Shown: piece after piece, positions 62,572 to 64,000 of the stretch
Layout of the letters: each line of letters opens with the position of its first letter
Numbering within the stretch: the first letter of the stretch is position 1
Assembly (NCBI GenBank): GCA_034530615.2
Contig: JAVRCV020000048.1
Span: 32,001-96,000, forward strand
Direction of reading: 5' to 3'
Length of the DNA: 64,000 nt
Origin: Aulosira sp. ZfuVER01
GTDB taxonomy: Bacteria > Cyanobacteriota > Cyanobacteriia > Cyanobacteriales > Nostocaceae
Program-made: the position numbers and the translations under genes
The notes under the pieces: generated by a model
Told to the model about the DNA's origin: nothing
Database searches by the model: none
Seen by the model: the letters and a program-made list of their open reading frames with translations, nothing else

Positions 62572-64000
62572 GTGAATGTTGCTGAATTAGTCACTGTTTC
62601 AATTATTCTCCTACTCGTAGCCACCGTTGTAGCTTTACTGTCGCGCTGGTTACGAGTTTCTTATGTTGCGGGTTTAGTTTTAGCGGGTTTAGCAGTTACA
62701 GAAATTTTGCCACAGCGCATTGGTTTAAACGATTCCCTAATTTTGAATTTATTTCTGCCGATTTTGGTGTTTGAGGCAGCTATTAATACAGATATTAGCC
62801 GCCTCCGCACTACTGTTAAACCAATTGCTTTATTAGCTGGGCCAGGAATCTTAATTTCCTCTGGTGTGACAGCAGTACTTTTGAAATGGGGACTCGAATT
62901 AAATTGGACAGCAGCATTGCTGGCTGGAGTTATTTTGGCAATTACTGATACTGTCTCTGTAATTGCTGTATTTAAGGAGGTACAAGTCCCTTCTCGTCTT
63001 TCCACCATTGTTGAGGGAGAAAGCTTATTTAACGATGGTGTGGCGCTAGTTTTATTTAGTCTGATTTTAAAAGTTCATGCAGCTGGTTCACTGTCATTTC
63101 TCGCAGGACTGCAAGAATTATGTGTGGTAATTATTGGGGGAACCTTAGTAGGGTTAGCTGTAGGATCTTTGAGTACAGGCTTATTTGTCCGCGCTGATGA
63201 GCCGCTTAGTAGCATTTTGCTAACGGTAGCTGTGGCTTTAGGAGCTTTTCAACTCGGACAATCGTTCAGCGTCTCTGGTGTAGTTGCTGTGGTTGTTGCT
63301 GGGTTAATTGTCGGAACAGTAGGACTTTCAGGTAAAGTATCGGCTTCTACTCGTTTGACATTACTTAGCTTTTGGGAATCTATTGCTTTTGGGGTAAATA
63401 GCTTTATTTTTCTGCTTATTGGTATAGAAGTTGACTTAACAACTCTATGGAGAACTTTACCTGCTGTACTGCTAGCGATCGCAGCTTATCAAATAGCACG
63501 CATAGTCTCTGTCTATCCACTGTTAGCTATTGTACGTTTATTTGACCGTCCAATTCCTGGGCAGTGGCAGCACGTTCTATTCTTTGGCAATATTAAGGGT
63601 TCTCTTTCAATGGCGTTGGCGTTGAGTATCCCCACAAACGTAATAGGACGAGAACAACTAATTGCCATAGTATTTGGCACAGTATTGCTGTCTTTAGTTG
63701 GTCAAGGAGTGAGTTTACCGTGGTTGGTGAAGCGGTTGCAATTGTCTCCGGTATCAGCAACTCGCCAGCAGGTTGAAGAATTGCAAGCACAATTAATTAC
63801 GGCTAAAGCAGCACAGGATGAATTAGATACTCTATTGAAAACAGGGGTGTTACCAAAAGCTGTATATGAAGAGATGCGTTCAGCTTACCAAGTGCAAGTA
63901 GCGAGTGCAGAAAAGACATTACGAGAATTATATAATCGCCGTTCGGATGAGTTGGAAACTAAAAGTGGTGAACCCAGTAAGCTTGATGCTATTCGCCGTC
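62572..64000 (+). CDS. CPA1 (NhaP-type) Na+/H+ antiporter, runs off the window end
   Basis: GTG start; FLPILVFEAA, TDTVSV, EGESLFNDG, SGVVAVV, GNIKGSLSMALAL. Confidence 0.92.
   Translation, partial: MNVAELVTVSIILLLVATVVALLSRWLRVSYVAGLVLAGLAVTEILPQRIGLNDSLILNLFLPILVFEAAINTDISRLRTTVKPIALLAGPGILISSGVTAVLLKWGLELNWTAALLAGVILAITDTVSVIAVFKEVQVPSRLSTIVEGESLFNDGVALVLFSLILKVHAAGSLSFLAGLQELCVVIIGGTLVGLAVGSLSTGLFVRADEPLSSILLTVAVALGAFQLGQSFSVSGVVAVVVAGLIVGTVGLSGKVSASTRLTLLSFWESIAFGVNSFIFLLIGIEVDLTTLWRTLPAVLLAIAAYQIARIVSVYPLLAIVRLFDRPIPGQWQHVLFFGNIKGSLSMALALSIPTNVIGREQLIAIVFGTVLLSLVGQGVSLPWLVKRLQLSPVSATRQQVEELQAQLITAKAAQDELDTLLKTGVLPKAVYEEMRSAYQVQVASAEKTLRELYNRRSDELETKSGEPSKLDAIRR

Noticed and set aside
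62661..63790. Minus-strand ORFs 62661-63008 and 63593-63790
   Set aside because: Antisense to the Na+/H+ antiporter, which the ORF track missed because it runs off the window

Overview
Chromosomal segment of a heterocyst-forming (Nostocales-like) cyanobacterium. Support for this: frequent HIP1 octamers (GCGATCGC), heptamer STRR arrays, NtcA boxes, hli, cphBA and nrrA. It is mostly core genes: nrrA, sbcC, sigA, gyrB, miaA, glcD, tRNA-Lys(CTT), ldhA, malQ, cdsA, cbiT, tatA, cphAB, trmD, ispF, larB, argH and a partial Na+/H+ antiporter. Signalling genes are also present: DICT-HD-GYP-like, GGDEF-EAL, a heme-c class III cyclase, a DXCF cyanobacteriochrome pseudo-kinase and two Ser/Thr kinases. There is a VapBC toxin-antitoxin pair and a truncated NB-ARC gene. 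The most unusual element is a 13 x 21-bp degenerate tandem array (38657-38929) downstream of an uncharacterised 157-aa helical protein gene (39558-40031). The DNA between them is largely small inserted repeats, so they may form an undescribed gene-plus-array module. Many tiny mobile repeats are visible: a MITE with an 8-bp TSD, HIP1-inserted elements, reciprocally nested repeats and REP-like hairpins. All calls come from reading the sequence; no database searches were run.
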